From contig SHVY01000009.1 of assembly GCA_009694045.1 (NCBI GenBank), positions 5,088-69,087 on the forward strand: a DNA stretch of 64,000 bases. The letters are read 5' to 3'. Both the position numbers and the translations under genes were made by a program. Below the pieces are notes generated by a model, which saw only the letters and a list, made by a program, of their open reading frames with translations, was not told where the DNA came from and ran no database searches. The stretch is from Alphaproteobacteria bacterium. Its GTDB lineage: Bacteria > Pseudomonadota > Alphaproteobacteria > SP197. Within the stretch, counting starts at the first letter, position 1; every line of letters starts with the position of its first letter. This document shows, piece after piece, positions 19,453-29,710 of the stretch.

Positions 19453-20016
19453 ATGGTCCGGTTGACGCGCATCTATACGCGGGGTGGGGACAAGGGCGAG
19501 ACCTCGCTCGGCGACGGCGCGCGGGTGCCGAAGCACGCGGGGCGCGTGGCGGCCTACGGCACCGTGGACGAGGCCAACGCCGCGATCGGCCTCGCCCGGC
19601 TGCACACGACCGGCGACGCCGACGCGATGCTGGGCCGCATCCAGAACGATCTGTTCGATCTGGGCGCGGATCTGTGCACCCCGGAGGCTGGGCGCAAGGC
19701 CGAGGGCGCGCTTCGGATGGTGGCCGAGCAGGTGGCGCGGCTGGAGCGCGAGATCGACGCCATGAACCAGCGGCTGAAACCACTCGATTCGTTCATCCTG
19801 CCCGGCGGAACGGCGGCCGCGGCCTATCTGCACCTGGCGCGAACCATAGTGCGGCGGGCGGAGCGTTTGATGACCGAACTGGCAGCCAGAGAACCGGTCA
19901 ACCAGCAGGCGATCGCCTATGCCAACCGCCTGTCCGACCACCTGTTCGTCCTGGCCCGCCACGTCAACGACGACGGGGCGAAGGACGTGCTCTGGGTACC
20001 CGGCAAGAACCGCTGA
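19453..20016 (+). CDS. PduO-type cob(I)alamin adenosyltransferase
   Basis: MVRLTRIYTRGGDKGET, YGTVDEAN, FILPGG, RRAER, NRLSD. Confidence 0.95.
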   Translation: MVRLTRIYTRGGDKGETSLGDGARVPKHAGRVAAYGTVDEANAAIGLARLHTTGDADAMLGRIQNDLFDLGADLCTPEAGRKAEGALRMVAEQVARLEREIDAMNQRLKPLDSFILPGGTAAAAYLHLARTIVRRAERLMTELAAREPVNQQAIAYANRLSDHLFVLARHVNDDGAKDVLWVPGKNR

Positions 20017-20023
20017 CCTCGCG

Positions 20024-20067
20024 TTGACATCGCCGGGTCCCGAACTTATTCTTTCGCACTTGCGAAA
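20024..20067 (+). promoter_or_regulatory. Sigma-70 promoter of etfBA-hbd with adjacent palindromic operator
   Basis: TTGACA(20024)-N17-TATTCT(20047), followed by TTTCGCA-CT-TGCGAAA (20052-20067). Confidence 0.65.
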
Positions 20068-20123
20068 TGAGCCGCAGTTCGGGGCACGCGGCCTAACTCA
20101 TTGAAATATCGAGAAGGTTGCGC

Positions 20124-20873
20124 ATGAAGGTTCTCGTCGCCGTCAAGCGGGTGATCGATTACAACGTGAAAGTGCGGGTCAAGGCCGACGGCAGCGGCGT
20201 CGATCTCGCCAACGTCAAGATGTCGATGAATCCGTTCGACGAGATCGCGGTGGAGCAGGCGATCCGCCTCAAGGAGGCCGGGGTCGCGACCGAGATCGTG
20301 GCGGTGAGCCTGGGCATCGAACAATGCCAGGAGACGCTGCGCACCGCCCTTGCCATGGGCGCCGACCGGGCGATCCATGTCCACCACGACGGCGAGCTGG
20401 AACCGCTGGTCGTCGCCAAGCTGCTGAAGGCGATCATCGCCACCGAGCAGCCGGGCCTGGTGATCGTCGGCAAGCAGGCGATCGACGACGATTGCAACCA
20501 GACCGGGCAGATGCTCGCGGGCCTGCTCGGCTGGCCGCAGGGGACGTTCGTTTCGCGGCTCAAGCTCGAGAACGGCAAGGCGCTGGCGACCCGCGAGGTC
20601 GACGGCGGCCTGGAGAACGTCGAGTTGACCCTGCCGGCGATCCTGACCGTGGACCTGCGGCTCAACGAGCCGCGCTACGCCTCGCTGCCGAACATCATGA
20701 AGGCGCGCAAAAAGCCGATCGAGAAGCGGACGCCGGCCGAGCTGGGCGTCGATCCCACGCCCCGGCTCAAGACGCTCAAGGTATCGGAGCCCCCCAAGCG
20801 GTTGGCGGGGGTGAAGGTCGACAGCGTGGCCGCCCTGGTCACCAAGCTGAAGCAGGAAGCGGGAGTCATCTGA
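20124..20873 (+). CDS. etfB: Electron transfer flavoprotein beta subunit
   Basis: [44 protein letters not shown]. Confidence 0.97.
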   Translation: MKVLVAVKRVIDYNVKVRVKADGSGVDLANVKMSMNPFDEIAVEQAIRLKEAGVATEIVAVSLGIEQCQETLRTALAMGADRAIHVHHDGELEPLVVAKLLKAIIATEQPGLVIVGKQAIDDDCNQTGQMLAGLLGWPQGTFVSRLKLENGKALATREVDGGLENVELTLPAILTVDLRLNEPRYASLPNIMKARKKPIEKRTPAELGVDPTPRLKTLKVSEPPKRLAGVKVDSVAALVTKLKQEAGVI

Positions 20874-21826
20874 TGGCGGTTCTCCTCGTCGCCGAACACA
20901 GCAACGACGCCTTGCAGCCGGCGACCCTGCACGCGGCCAGCGCCGCGCTGAAGATGGGCGGGGATCTGCACGTTCTGGTGGTCGGCAAGGGCTGCGACGG
21001 CGCCGCCGCCGCCGCCGCGAAGGTCGCCGGTGTCACGAAGGTCCTGGTCGCCGACGCGGACATCATGGCCGGCAGCCTGCCCGAGAACGTGGCGCCGCTC
21101 CTGGTCAGGCTCGCGCCCGGCTACAGCCACCTGGTCGCGCCGGCCACGACGTTCGGCAAGAACGTCATGCCGCGGGCCGCCGCCCTTCTGGATGCGCAGC
21201 AGATTTCCGACATCATCAGCGTCGAATCGCCCGACACCTTCATCCGCCCGATCTATGCCGGCAACGCGCTGGCGACCGTGCAGTCGTCGGACGCCGTGAA
21301 GGTGGTGACGGTGCGGACCACGACCTTTCCGCTCGCGCCCGCCGAAGGCGGGTCCGCCGCGATCGAGAAGGTCGCCGCGGGCGAGGCGGCCGCCAACGTT
21401 CGCTTCGCCGGGCTGGAATCCTCGCGCAACGAGCGCCCGGAACTCACCTCGGCGCGGATCGTCATCTCCGGCGGGCGCGGCATGCAGGCCGGCGACAACT
21501 TCAAGATGCTGGAGAAAGTGGCGGATATCCTGGGAGCCGCGGTCGGCGCCTCCCGCGCCGCGGTCGACGCGGGCTTCGTGCCCAACGACTACCAGGTGGG
21601 CCAGACCGGCAAGGTGGTGGCGCCCGAGCTGTACATCGCCGTCGGCATCTCCGGGGCCATCCAGCATCTGGCGGGCATGAAGGACAGCAAGGTCATCGTC
21701 GCCATCAACAAGGACGAGGAGGCGCCCATCTTCCAGGTCGCCGACTACGGATTGGTGGCCGATCTGTTCAAGGCCGTGCCGGAGCTGGCGGAAGAGCTCC
21801 AGCGCCAGAACGTCTCGGCCCGCTAG
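20873..21826 (+). CDS. etfA: Electron transfer flavoprotein alpha subunit
   Basis: [33 protein letters not shown]. Confidence 0.97.
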   Translation: MAVLLVAEHSNDALQPATLHAASAALKMGGDLHVLVVGKGCDGAAAAAAKVAGVTKVLVADADIMAGSLPENVAPLLVRLAPGYSHLVAPATTFGKNVMPRAAALLDAQQISDIISVESPDTFIRPIYAGNALATVQSSDAVKVVTVRTTTFPLAPAEGGSAAIEKVAAGEAAANVRFAGLESSRNERPELTSARIVISGGRGMQAGDNFKMLEKVADILGAAVGASRAAVDAGFVPNDYQVGQTGKVVAPELYIAVGISGAIQHLAGMKDSKVIVAINKDEEAPIFQVADYGLVADLFKAVPELAEELQRQNVSAR

Positions 21827-22717
21827 GTGCAGGCCGTGGCGATCGAGGTCAAGCGCATCGGCGTGGTCGGCGCCGGCGCCATGGGTACCGGCATCGCCCA
21901 CGTCGCGGCGCTGGCGGGCTACGACGTCCGGCTCACCGACGCGAAGGCGGACCGGCTGAAGGCGGCCGTCGGCGAGATCGACCGCAACATGAGCCGCCAA
22001 GCCGCCAAGGGAACCATCACCGCCGAACAGATGGCGCAAGCCTTCAAGCGGATCAAATCGGGACCCGGGTTCGAGCAGTTCAAGGACTGCGATCTGGTGA
22101 TCGAGGCCGCGACCGAGAACGAGGCGGTGAAGAAGGAGATCCTGCAGGGGCTCTCCAAGGTCCTGCCGCCACATGCCATCATCGCCACCAACACGTCGTC
22201 GATCCCGATCACGCGGCTTGCCACCGCTACCGACCGGCCGGCCAAGTTCATGGGCATGCACTTCATGAACCCGGTGCCGCTGATGGAATTGGTGGAGTTG
22301 ATTCGCGGTCTCGCGACCGATCAGGAGACCTACGAGACGGTGCGCGCGATCACCGTGAGGATGGGCAAGACCCCGGCGGCGGCCGAGGATTTCCCGGCCT
22401 TCATCGTCAACCGCATCCTGCTGCCGATGATCAACGAGGCGGTCTATGCCCTGTACGAGGGCGTGGGCGGGGTCGACGCGATCGACACGGCGATGCGCCT
22501 GGGTACCCACCATCCGATGGGACCGTTGGAACTGGCCGACTTCATCGGCCTGGACGTGTGCCTGTCGGTGATGCAGGTACTGTACGAGGGCCTGGCCGAC
22601 AGCAAGTACCGCCCCTGCCCGCTCCTGGTTAAGTACGTCGAGGCTGGCTGGCTGGGCCGCAAGACGGGCCGCGGCTTCTACGACTATTCCACCGAGAAGC
22701 CGACGCCGACGCGTTGA
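21827..22717 (+). CDS. hbd: 3-hydroxybutyryl-CoA dehydrogenase
   Basis: GAGAMGTGIA, TNTSS, GMHFMNPVP, HPMGPLELAD; start GTG 21827 or 21836. Confidence 0.92.
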   Translation: MQAVAIEVKRIGVVGAGAMGTGIAHVAALAGYDVRLTDAKADRLKAAVGEIDRNMSRQAAKGTITAEQMAQAFKRIKSGPGFEQFKDCDLVIEAATENEAVKKEILQGLSKVLPPHAIIATNTSSIPITRLATATDRPAKFMGMHFMNPVPLMELVELIRGLATDQETYETVRAITVRMGKTPAAAEDFPAFIVNRILLPMINEAVYALYEGVGGVDAIDTAMRLGTHHPMGPLELADFIGLDVCLSVMQVLYEGLADSKYRPCPLLVKYVEAGWLGRKTGRGFYDYSTEKPTPTR

Positions 22718-22782
22718 GGCCGGCTGGCGCGAGCGGGGGTTTCGTGCGATAGCTTTCGCGTTCCGCCTCCGGTTTCCGTTCG

Positions 22783-23967
22783 ATGAGATTGGCGCATTCG
22801 CACTGGGTGCAGCGGTTTCGCACGCCCGGAATCCTGGTGTTCGCCACCCTGGACATGCTCGATTCCGTGACGCGGGCGATGCTGGTCACCGTGATCCCGG
22901 TCCAGGCCCTGGCGACCTTCAAGGACGAGCGCGACGTTAGCCTCGTCTTCACCCTGGGCGGCATCGCCGGTTTCGTCGCCCTGTTCGCCATCCCCAAGCT
23001 GATCCGCCTGATCCGACGGCGGAGCGTCTTCATCCTCGGCATCCTGCTGGTGATCGCGGTCTGCGGCGGGCTTGCCAGCAACACGCAAGTAGGCGTGGCG
23101 GCGGCGATCTTCCTCCGCACCTTCGCGACCAGCTGCATCGTCATCACCTTCAGCCTCTACGTCCTCGACACCATTCACAAGCGCGACTTCGTGCGCCTGG
23201 AGCCGGCCCGTCTGGCCGCGGTCGCGGTGCCGTGGACCATCGGACCTTTCCTCGGAGTCTGGCTGTACGACGAGATCGCGCCGATCGCGCCCTACGTCTT
23301 CTCGACCGCCAGCGCCACGTTCGTTCTGCTCTACTTCCTGTGGCTGCGCCTGCGCGAAGGCTCCGGCGAGGGCGCCGCGCGGCCGCCGAAGACGGCCGTG
23401 GCCAGCATCCGCCGCTTCGTCGTCCAGCCGCGCCTCCGGCTCGCGTGGCTGATGACCTTCGGGCGGTCGTGCTGGTGGGTGATGTTCTTCATCTATCTGC
23501 CGCTCTACATGGTGCGTTCGGGTGCCGGCGAGCAGGCCGGGGCGATCATCATCTCGGCGTCCAGCATCATGCTGGCGGCTTCGCCGGCGATTGGCTGGCT
23601 CGCCCGCAGGTTTCGCCTGCGGCCGGTGATGTTCACGGCCTTCGTCGGCTGCGGCCTGGCCAGCATCGCGGCGGGCATGACCGCGCATGATCCCTGGTTG
23701 ACCGGCGGATTGCTGTTGCTGGCGGCACTGGGACCGGTCGCCCTCGACAGCCTGGCGCCGATCACCTACTACCGCGCCGTCCACCCGTACGAGCGGGCGG
23801 AGATGACCACCGTCTACATCACCTGGCGCGACATCTCGAACCTGGCGACCCCGGCGCTGGGCGCCCTCGTCCTCAGCTTCCTGCCGTTGCATTTCGTGTT
23901 CGTCGCGGTCGGGCTTCTGATGTTCGGGTTCGCCTGGTTCACCCGCTACGTGCCGCGCAGCATGTAG
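22783..23967 (+). CDS. MFS transporter
   Basis: 394 aa, about 12 hydrophobic segments, GWLARRF motif-A-like loop. Confidence 0.8.
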   Translation: MRLAHSHWVQRFRTPGILVFATLDMLDSVTRAMLVTVIPVQALATFKDERDVSLVFTLGGIAGFVALFAIPKLIRLIRRRSVFILGILLVIAVCGGLASNTQVGVAAAIFLRTFATSCIVITFSLYVLDTIHKRDFVRLEPARLAAVAVPWTIGPFLGVWLYDEIAPIAPYVFSTASATFVLLYFLWLRLREGSGEGAARPPKTAVASIRRFVVQPRLRLAWLMTFGRSCWWVMFFIYLPLYMVRSGAGEQAGAIIISASSIMLAASPAIGWLARRFRLRPVMFTAFVGCGLASIAAGMTAHDPWLTGGLLLLAALGPVALDSLAPITYYRAVHPYERAEMTTVYITWRDISNLATPALGALVLSFLPLHFVFVAVGLLMFGFAWFTRYVPRSM

Positions 23968-24006
23968 CGGTTGGCAACACCCCCGGGCCTTCCTACCATC
24001 GCCGCC

Positions 24007-25131
24007 ATGGACCTGTTCGATCCCCGCCACTACGCCGACGTGCGCCGCCCCCTGGCCGAAGCCGCGTCCCTGCCCGCCTGGTGCTACACCTCGCCCGCGT
24101 TCCTGGAACGCGAAGTCGAGCGCCTGTTCCTGCGGCAATGGCTGTTCGTCGGGCGGGCCGACGAGGCGCCCGCTCCTGGCGACTTCTTCGCCGTCGAGAC
24201 CCCGGCTGGACCCGTCGCCATCCTCCGCGGGCGGGATGGCGTGCTGCGCGCCTTCGCCAACACCTGCCGGCACCGGGGCTCGCGGCTGCTGGCCGGTCGG
24301 GGCAGTGTCCGCGCCATCGTCTGCCCGTACCATGCCTGGACCTACGACCTCGAGGGGCGCCTGGCCGGCGCACCCGGAATGGACGGCGTGGCCCGATTCG
24401 ATCGGGGGAGTCAGAGCCTCGTTCCCGTGCGGATCGACCAGTGGGGTGGGTTCGTCTTCATCGCCCTGTCCGACGCGGCCGGGACCCTGACAGCGCAACT
24501 GGGCGATCTGCCGACCAAGTTCGCCGCCTATCGCTTCGACGAGATGGTGTGCACCCGGCGCACCGGCTACGACGTGGCGTGCAACTGGAAGCTTCTGCTC
24601 GAGAACGCCCTGGAGGCGTATCACACCGGCGTCGTGCACGGCGGCTCGCTGCGCCAGCAGATCGCCCTGGACGAGCCGACCACGGGCGACTGGCACGCGA
24701 TCTTCATCGCCCGCGACCAATCGATCGCCGTCCTGCCCGACGAGATCCCGCCCTTCCCTCAGGTGCCAGAGCTTCCCGGGCGGCTGGCGCGGGGGTCGTT
24801 CTTCACCGCCATCCATCCCAACACCCAGTTCGCCTGCACCCAGGACTGCATGTGGTGGCTGAACCTGTGGCCGCGCGGGCCGGAAGCGTGCCGGCTTGAA
24901 GTCGGAACCTGCTTCCCGCGAACCACCGTGCAGGCGCCGGACTTCGCCCTGAAGGCGGCGCGCTACTATCATCGCTGGGACGTCTCGATCGCCGAGGACA
25001 ACGCCATCGGTGCCGTGCAACAGGCTGGATTGCGCTCGACCTTGCGCCCGCCGGGGCGCTACTCGTTGCGCGAGTTCGCCGTGCACCGGATGAACAACTG
25101 GCTCCTCGACCGGGTGCTCGACCCGCGCTGA
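24007..25131 (+). CDS. Rieske aromatic-ring-hydroxylating oxygenase alpha subunit (choline/betaine monooxygenase-like)
   Basis: CRH...CPYH Rieske motif; NWK...EAYHTGVVH mononuclear iron motif; distal ED. Confidence 0.9.
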   Translation: MDLFDPRHYADVRRPLAEAASLPAWCYTSPAFLEREVERLFLRQWLFVGRADEAPAPGDFFAVETPAGPVAILRGRDGVLRAFANTCRHRGSRLLAGRGSVRAIVCPYHAWTYDLEGRLAGAPGMDGVARFDRGSQSLVPVRIDQWGGFVFIALSDAAGTLTAQLGDLPTKFAAYRFDEMVCTRRTGYDVACNWKLLLENALEAYHTGVVHGGSLRQQIALDEPTTGDWHAIFIARDQSIAVLPDEIPPFPQVPELPGRLARGSFFTAIHPNTQFACTQDCMWWLNLWPRGPEACRLEVGTCFPRTTVQAPDFALKAARYYHRWDVSIAEDNAIGAVQQAGLRSTLRPPGRYSLREFAVHRMNNWLLDRVLDPR

Positions 25132-25152
25132 TACCCAAGGAAATGACGAACC

Positions 25153-25617
25153 ATGGACGCCACGCGGCAGGATCCCCTGGCGAATCTCGGGACCACGCTC
25201 GTCGGGCTCGCCACGCGGCCCCGCAACGCCTCGCACGAACTCGCCGAACGTCTGGGCCGGGACCTCTACGGCATCAGGGGAACCATCCTGCCGCTGCACG
25301 GCGAGCGCAACGAGAACTACCGGGTGACGGGGAAGGACGGGCGCGCCTTGACCCTCAAGTTGTCCGGAGCCGGCGAGGACCTGGGCGGAATCGACCTGCA
25401 GATCGCGGCGCTCGACCACATCGCCCGCCATGCCCCCGAACTTCCGGTACCGCGCGTGATCCGGACGACGGACGGAAGGCCCTACGTCGATCACGCCGGC
25501 TCGCGGGTCTTCGCCGTGAGCGTCCTGCCGGGCCAGCCGGTCGGGGACCGGGTCGCCGCCCGGAAAGCGCACCAAACCAAGAGTCTAGGGCGGCCCCGAC
25601 GACTCCGTTTCCATTGA
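25153..25617 (+). pseudogene. Truncated APH/homoserine-kinase-type phosphotransferase (N-lobe only)
   Basis: LHGERNENYRV, LKLS, LPVPRVIRT; ends before any HGD/DFG catalytic motif. Confidence 0.65.
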
Positions 25618-25628
25618 AGCCGCCCTAG
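25585..25628. repeat. CTAG-bounded inverted repeat
   Basis: CTAGGGCGGC-N24-GCCGCCCTAG. Confidence 0.6.
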
Positions 25629-26809
25629 TCGCGCCGATGCGCGAGGCGCCAGGCGAGCGCCAGGACCTGGGGCACGAGGACCACGGCGAGCGAGGCCGCG
25701 TAAGCGGCCCCGGGCCGTACGCCGCCCTCGGCCGGCCATAGGCCGAGGATGCCCCCCATGCCGTACTGCGCCGCGAAGGCAACGATGAACACCACCATGT
25801 TGAGCGCGGTGTTGGCGCGGCCCGCCGCGGCTGGGGGAAACGCCCGCACCAGCACGGGGTAGTACAACGGACCGCAGACCCCGAAGGCCCCGAACGCGAG
25901 GCCGACGAGAAACGGGTGGCCCAATCCCCCCACGGCCAACGCCACCTGCACCAGGAGAAAGACGCACGTGCCTACGTCCGCGGCGCCGCCCGCCGTGATG
26001 CCCCGGCGCCCGACAAGGGCCGCGAGGACCAGGGCGCCCGCCAGCATCCCCAGGGGGAAAGCGGTCAGCGCGTTAGCCTGGGCCAGGGGGTCGAGGCCGA
26101 TCACGTCGGCGAGCCAGGGGCCCGCCCACAATCCCGGCAGCGATAGGTAGACGGCCTGAGTCGTCATCAGGACGGGGGCGATGGCCCGGAACCGGCGGCT
26201 GCGGAAGATCGTCGTGTACCCGACCGACTCGTGATGCTCCTGCTTCACCTTCCGCTCCGGCAGAACGACCAGCAGGAGCACGGCCACGGCCACCGCCCAC
26301 ACCGCGAACCCGCCGAACACGACCCGCCAGCCGACCGCATCGACGGCGCGGCGCAGAGGTGCTGTCGCGGCCAGGGAACCCAGGGCGCCGAACGCCCACA
26401 GGAGGCTGTTGAAGCGCGGCGCGCGGTCTTCGCCGAACCACAGGACGAAGGCCTGGAAACCGGCCATCAGGGCGACGGAGACGCCGGCGCCGAGGATCGC
26501 GCGCGCGAGCGTGAGGGCCCACACCGTCTCCGCCAGGGCGAACGCCGCGGCCCCCAGGGCGGCGATCAGCATGAGGGCGGCGTTGACCCGGCGGGGGCCG
26601 AAGCGATCGAGGGCCGCCCCGGCGGGGAGCTGCATCAGCCCGAAAGCGATGAAGAAAGTCCCCGTTAGAAGGGCGAGCTCGGCCGGATTTAGGCCGAATT
26701 CGGCCGAAAGATCGATACCGACCACCGCGTTCGCCACCCGCAGCGCATCGGACAGGACGAACCCGATCGCGAACGGCAACACGACCCGGATCGTCGTCGC
26801 CAGGGTCAT
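25625..26809 (-). CDS. MFS transporter
   Basis: From ATG 26809 [10 protein letters not shown]; QLPAGAALDRFGPRRV motif A; GLWAGPWL. Confidence 0.9.
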   Translation of the reverse strand: MTLATTIRVVLPFAIGFVLSDALRVANAVVGIDLSAEFGLNPAELALLTGTFFIAFGLMQLPAGAALDRFGPRRVNAALMLIAALGAAAFALAETVWALTLARAILGAGVSVALMAGFQAFVLWFGEDRAPRFNSLLWAFGALGSLAATAPLRRAVDAVGWRVVFGGFAVWAVAVAVLLLVVLPERKVKQEHHESVGYTTIFRSRRFRAIAPVLMTTQAVYLSLPGLWAGPWLADVIGLDPLAQANALTAFPLGMLAGALVLAALVGRRGITAGGAADVGTCVFLLVQVALAVGGLGHPFLVGLAFGAFGVCGPLYYPVLVRAFPPAAAGRANTALNMVVFIVAFAAQYGMGGILGLWPAEGGVRPGAAYAASLAVVLVPQVLALAWRLAHRRD

Positions 26810-28041
26810 CGCCGGCGGCCAGCGAACAGAAACCAGGCGAACGCCAGAACCTGGGCCGCGATGACCAAGCCGAAAGCAGTGCCATAGGACTCGGGGGCAT
26901 AGCCGCCGCCGGTCGGCGGAAAGAGGTCGATGATCCAGCCCACTCCGTACTGCACGACGAAAGCCCCAAGGAACGTAAGGAAATTGACCGAGGTCACCAC
27001 CCGTCCGGCGAGGTGCCCGGGAAAGGCGCGGGTCAGCTCCGCGTAGTACAGGGCCCCAAACCCGCCGCAGAAGCCGAAGGCCGCCCAGGCAAGCCGAGCC
27101 CAACCAGCCGCCCATTCGAGCGCGATGGATAGCTGCACGGCGATCAGCAGTCCGGCCCCGACCGTCACGAACGCCAGCAGCGGGATGCCGCGGCGCTCCA
27201 GGCGGCTGGCCAACGCGCCGATCCCGAGGGACCCGACGACGACCGCCGCCGCCGTGGTCAGCAGATGGTCCGCGACCCCGGCGCGATCCAGCCCGGCGAC
27301 ATCGCGCAGCCACGGCCCCGCCCATAGGCTCTGGATCCCCAGGAACCCGGCGTGCACCGTCGCGGCGAGCGGGGTGAGACGCCAGAACGTGCGGCTGCCG
27401 AGGATCGTGGCGAGCCCGGCGACCTGGTCGCCGACGCCGCCGGACGGACCTTGCCCCGCGCGCTCGGGCACCACCAGGTAGATCAGGGCCGCCGCGCCGA
27501 TGGTCAGGGCCGCCAGCGCGCCGAACAGGGCCCGCCAGCCGACCAGGCCAACGGCAAATTCGGCCGGCATGGTGGCGACGATGGCGCCAAGGCCGCCGAC
27601 GGCCACGAGCGCACCGTTCGCCAGCGGCTGGCGGTGGCGCGGCAGCCACAGGACGAAGGCCTTGAACCCGGCCATCAGGCAGGACGAGACACCCAGCCCG
27701 ATGAGGGCGCGGGCGACGGCCAGGGCCGCGAGGCCCTCGGCGAACGCGAACAGCGCCCCGCCCGTGCCGGCGATCAGCAGGAGCCATGCCTCCACCCGGC
27801 GCGGGCCATAGCGATCGAGCAGCAACCCGAGGGGCAACTGGAACAGCGCGAAGGTGAGGAAATAGGCGCTGGTGAGGAGGCCCAGGTCCTCGGCATCGAG
27901 ACCGATGTCACGGACCAGATCGGGGGCGATGACAGCGTTGACGGTGCGAAAGACGTAGGAGAGGAAATACGCGCTGGCGAACGGCACGAACACCCACAGG
28001 ATCGTCGCGACAGAAGGTGATTTCTCCGACGGCGCGGGCAT
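26806..28041 (-). CDS. MFS transporter (paralogue of the neighbouring gene)
   Basis: [29 protein letters not shown]; start ATG 28041 or 28089. Confidence 0.9.
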   Translation of the reverse strand: MPAPSEKSPSVATILWVFVPFASAYFLSYVFRTVNAVIAPDLVRDIGLDAEDLGLLTSAYFLTFALFQLPLGLLLDRYGPRRVEAWLLLIAGTGGALFAFAEGLAALAVARALIGLGVSSCLMAGFKAFVLWLPRHRQPLANGALVAVGGLGAIVATMPAEFAVGLVGWRALFGALAALTIGAAALIYLVVPERAGQGPSGGVGDQVAGLATILGSRTFWRLTPLAATVHAGFLGIQSLWAGPWLRDVAGLDRAGVADHLLTTAAAVVVGSLGIGALASRLERRGIPLLAFVTVGAGLLIAVQLSIALEWAAGWARLAWAAFGFCGGFGALYYAELTRAFPGHLAGRVVTSVNFLTFLGAFVVQYGVGWIIDLFPPTGGGYAPESYGTAFGLVIAAQVLAFAWFLFAGRRR

Positions 28042-28175
28042 GGGGGCGGACGGTTCGGTGGCCGGCCGACTCTCATGGTCCCCAGCCATGGGTCAAGGAA
28101 TTGTTGCGCATCCTTGATCCACGGGCAGAACGCTGGGAAGGTGGGGCGCGAACAACCATGGAATCGAGGCCGAGG

Positions 28176-29591
28176 GTGGCGAAGGGCGAGGGTGGGGGCG
28201 CGGTCAACCCGATGTGGGGCGGGCGGTTCACCGGGCCCCCATCCGAGGTCATGGCGCGGATCAACCCGTCGATCGGGTTCGACCGGCGCCTGGCGGCCGA
28301 GGACATCCGGGGGTCCAAGGCCCATGCCGCGATGCTGGTGCGACAAGGCATCCTGACCGCGGCGGACGGTGCGGCCATCGCCCAGGGGCTCGACCGCGTC
28401 GGCGCCGAGATCGCCGAGGGGCGCTTCGCGTTCCGGCGCGAGCTGGAGGACATCCACATGAACGTGGAGGCGCGTCTGGCCGAGCTGATCGGCGAGGCGG
28501 CGGGCCGGCTGCACACCGCCCGGTCGCGCAACGATCAGATCGCGACCGACCTGCGCCTGTGGCTGCGGGCGACGATCGACGATACCGACGCCGAGCTGGC
28601 GTCCCTGCAAGCCGCCCTGCTGGACCAGGCGGAGCGCCACGCCGCCACCGTGATGCCGGGCTTCACGCACCTGCAACCGGCGCAGGCGGTCACCTTCGGC
28701 CACCACCTGCTGGCCTATGTCGAGATGTTCGGCCGCGACCGGGGGCGGCTCGCGGATTGCCGCGGGCGGCTCAATGAATGCCCGCTGGGTGCCGCGGCCC
28801 TGGCCGGAACCTCGTTCCCGATCGATCGCGGCATGACGGCCGCGGCGCTCGGGTTCGATCGGCCGATGGCCAATTCCATGGACGCCGTGAGCGACCGCGA
28901 TTTCGTGGTCGAGTTCCTGGCGGCGGCGGCGCTGGCCGCCACCCATCTGTCGCGCCTGAGCGAGGAGATCGTCATCTGGTCGGGCCCGCAGTTCGGTTTC
29001 GTGCGCATACCCGACGCGCTGTCCGCTGGGTCCTCGATCATGCCGCAGAAGCGCAACCCGGCGGCGGCAGAGCTGGTGCGCGGCAAGACCGGCCGCGTGG
29101 TCGGCGCGCTGGTCGCGGTGCTCACCATGCTGAAGGGCCTGGCGCTGACCTACGCCAACGACATGCAGGAGGACAAGGAGCCGCTGTTCGACGCCGCCGA
29201 CACCCTGCGCCTCGGCCTTGCCGCCACGACGGCGATGGTGGCGGGGCTGGAGGCGATGCCCGACGCCATGCGCGCCGCGTGCGAGCGCGGGTTTCTCGGC
29301 GCCACCGACCTCGCGGATTGGCTGGTGCGAGAGGCCGGGCTGCCGTTCCGGCGGGCCCATCATGCGGTCGGGCGCGTGGTGCGTCTGGCCGAGGAGCGCG
29401 GCCTGAACCTCGAGCACGTCCCGCTGGCCGAGGCCCAGGCGATCGAGCCGGCGATCACCGCCCTGGGTTTGGCCGCGACCGCGATCGAACGCTCGGTCGC
29501 CGCGCGTACCAGCTTCGGCGGCACGGCGCCGGCCGAAGTCGCCCGCATGGTGTCCGCGGCGCGGCGGCGCTTCCTGGGCTCCCCGCCATGA
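28176..29591 (+). CDS. argH: Argininosuccinate lyase
   Basis: [34 protein letters not shown]; start GTG 28176 or ATG 28158. Confidence 0.97.
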   Translation: MAKGEGGGAVNPMWGGRFTGPPSEVMARINPSIGFDRRLAAEDIRGSKAHAAMLVRQGILTAADGAAIAQGLDRVGAEIAEGRFAFRRELEDIHMNVEARLAELIGEAAGRLHTARSRNDQIATDLRLWLRATIDDTDAELASLQAALLDQAERHAATVMPGFTHLQPAQAVTFGHHLLAYVEMFGRDRGRLADCRGRLNECPLGAAALAGTSFPIDRGMTAAALGFDRPMANSMDAVSDRDFVVEFLAAAALAATHLSRLSEEIVIWSGPQFGFVRIPDALSAGSSIMPQKRNPAAAELVRGKTGRVVGALVAVLTMLKGLALTYANDMQEDKEPLFDAADTLRLGLAATTAMVAGLEAMPDAMRAACERGFLGATDLADWLVREAGLPFRRAHHAVGRVVRLAEERGLNLEHVPLAEAQAIEPAITALGLAATAIERSVAARTSFGGTAPAEVARMVSAARRRFLGSPP

Positions 29592-29710
29592 ACCAGGCGA
29601 GGCGAAGCTTCCTGCTTGCGGTCGTCGCCGCCCTGCTGGCCGCCTGCGGGCGCAAGGGCGACCTGGAACCGCCGCCCGCCGCCGCCGAGGTCGAGGAGGA
29701 GGCGCCGTGA
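29588..29710 (+). CDS. Small lipoprotein (YifL/LptM-like)
   Basis: [14 protein letters not shown] lipobox with CGxKG motif, between argH and lysA. Confidence 0.85.
   Translation: MNQARRSFLLAVVAALLAACGRKGDLEPPPAAAEVEEEAP

Noticed and set aside
20324-21826. Apparent N-terminal extensions on etfA, panE-like (60133), GST (62172), ydcF (35959) and MFS (27787)
   Set aside because: True starts are internal ATGs at or just after the upstream stop; the extensions overlap real genes
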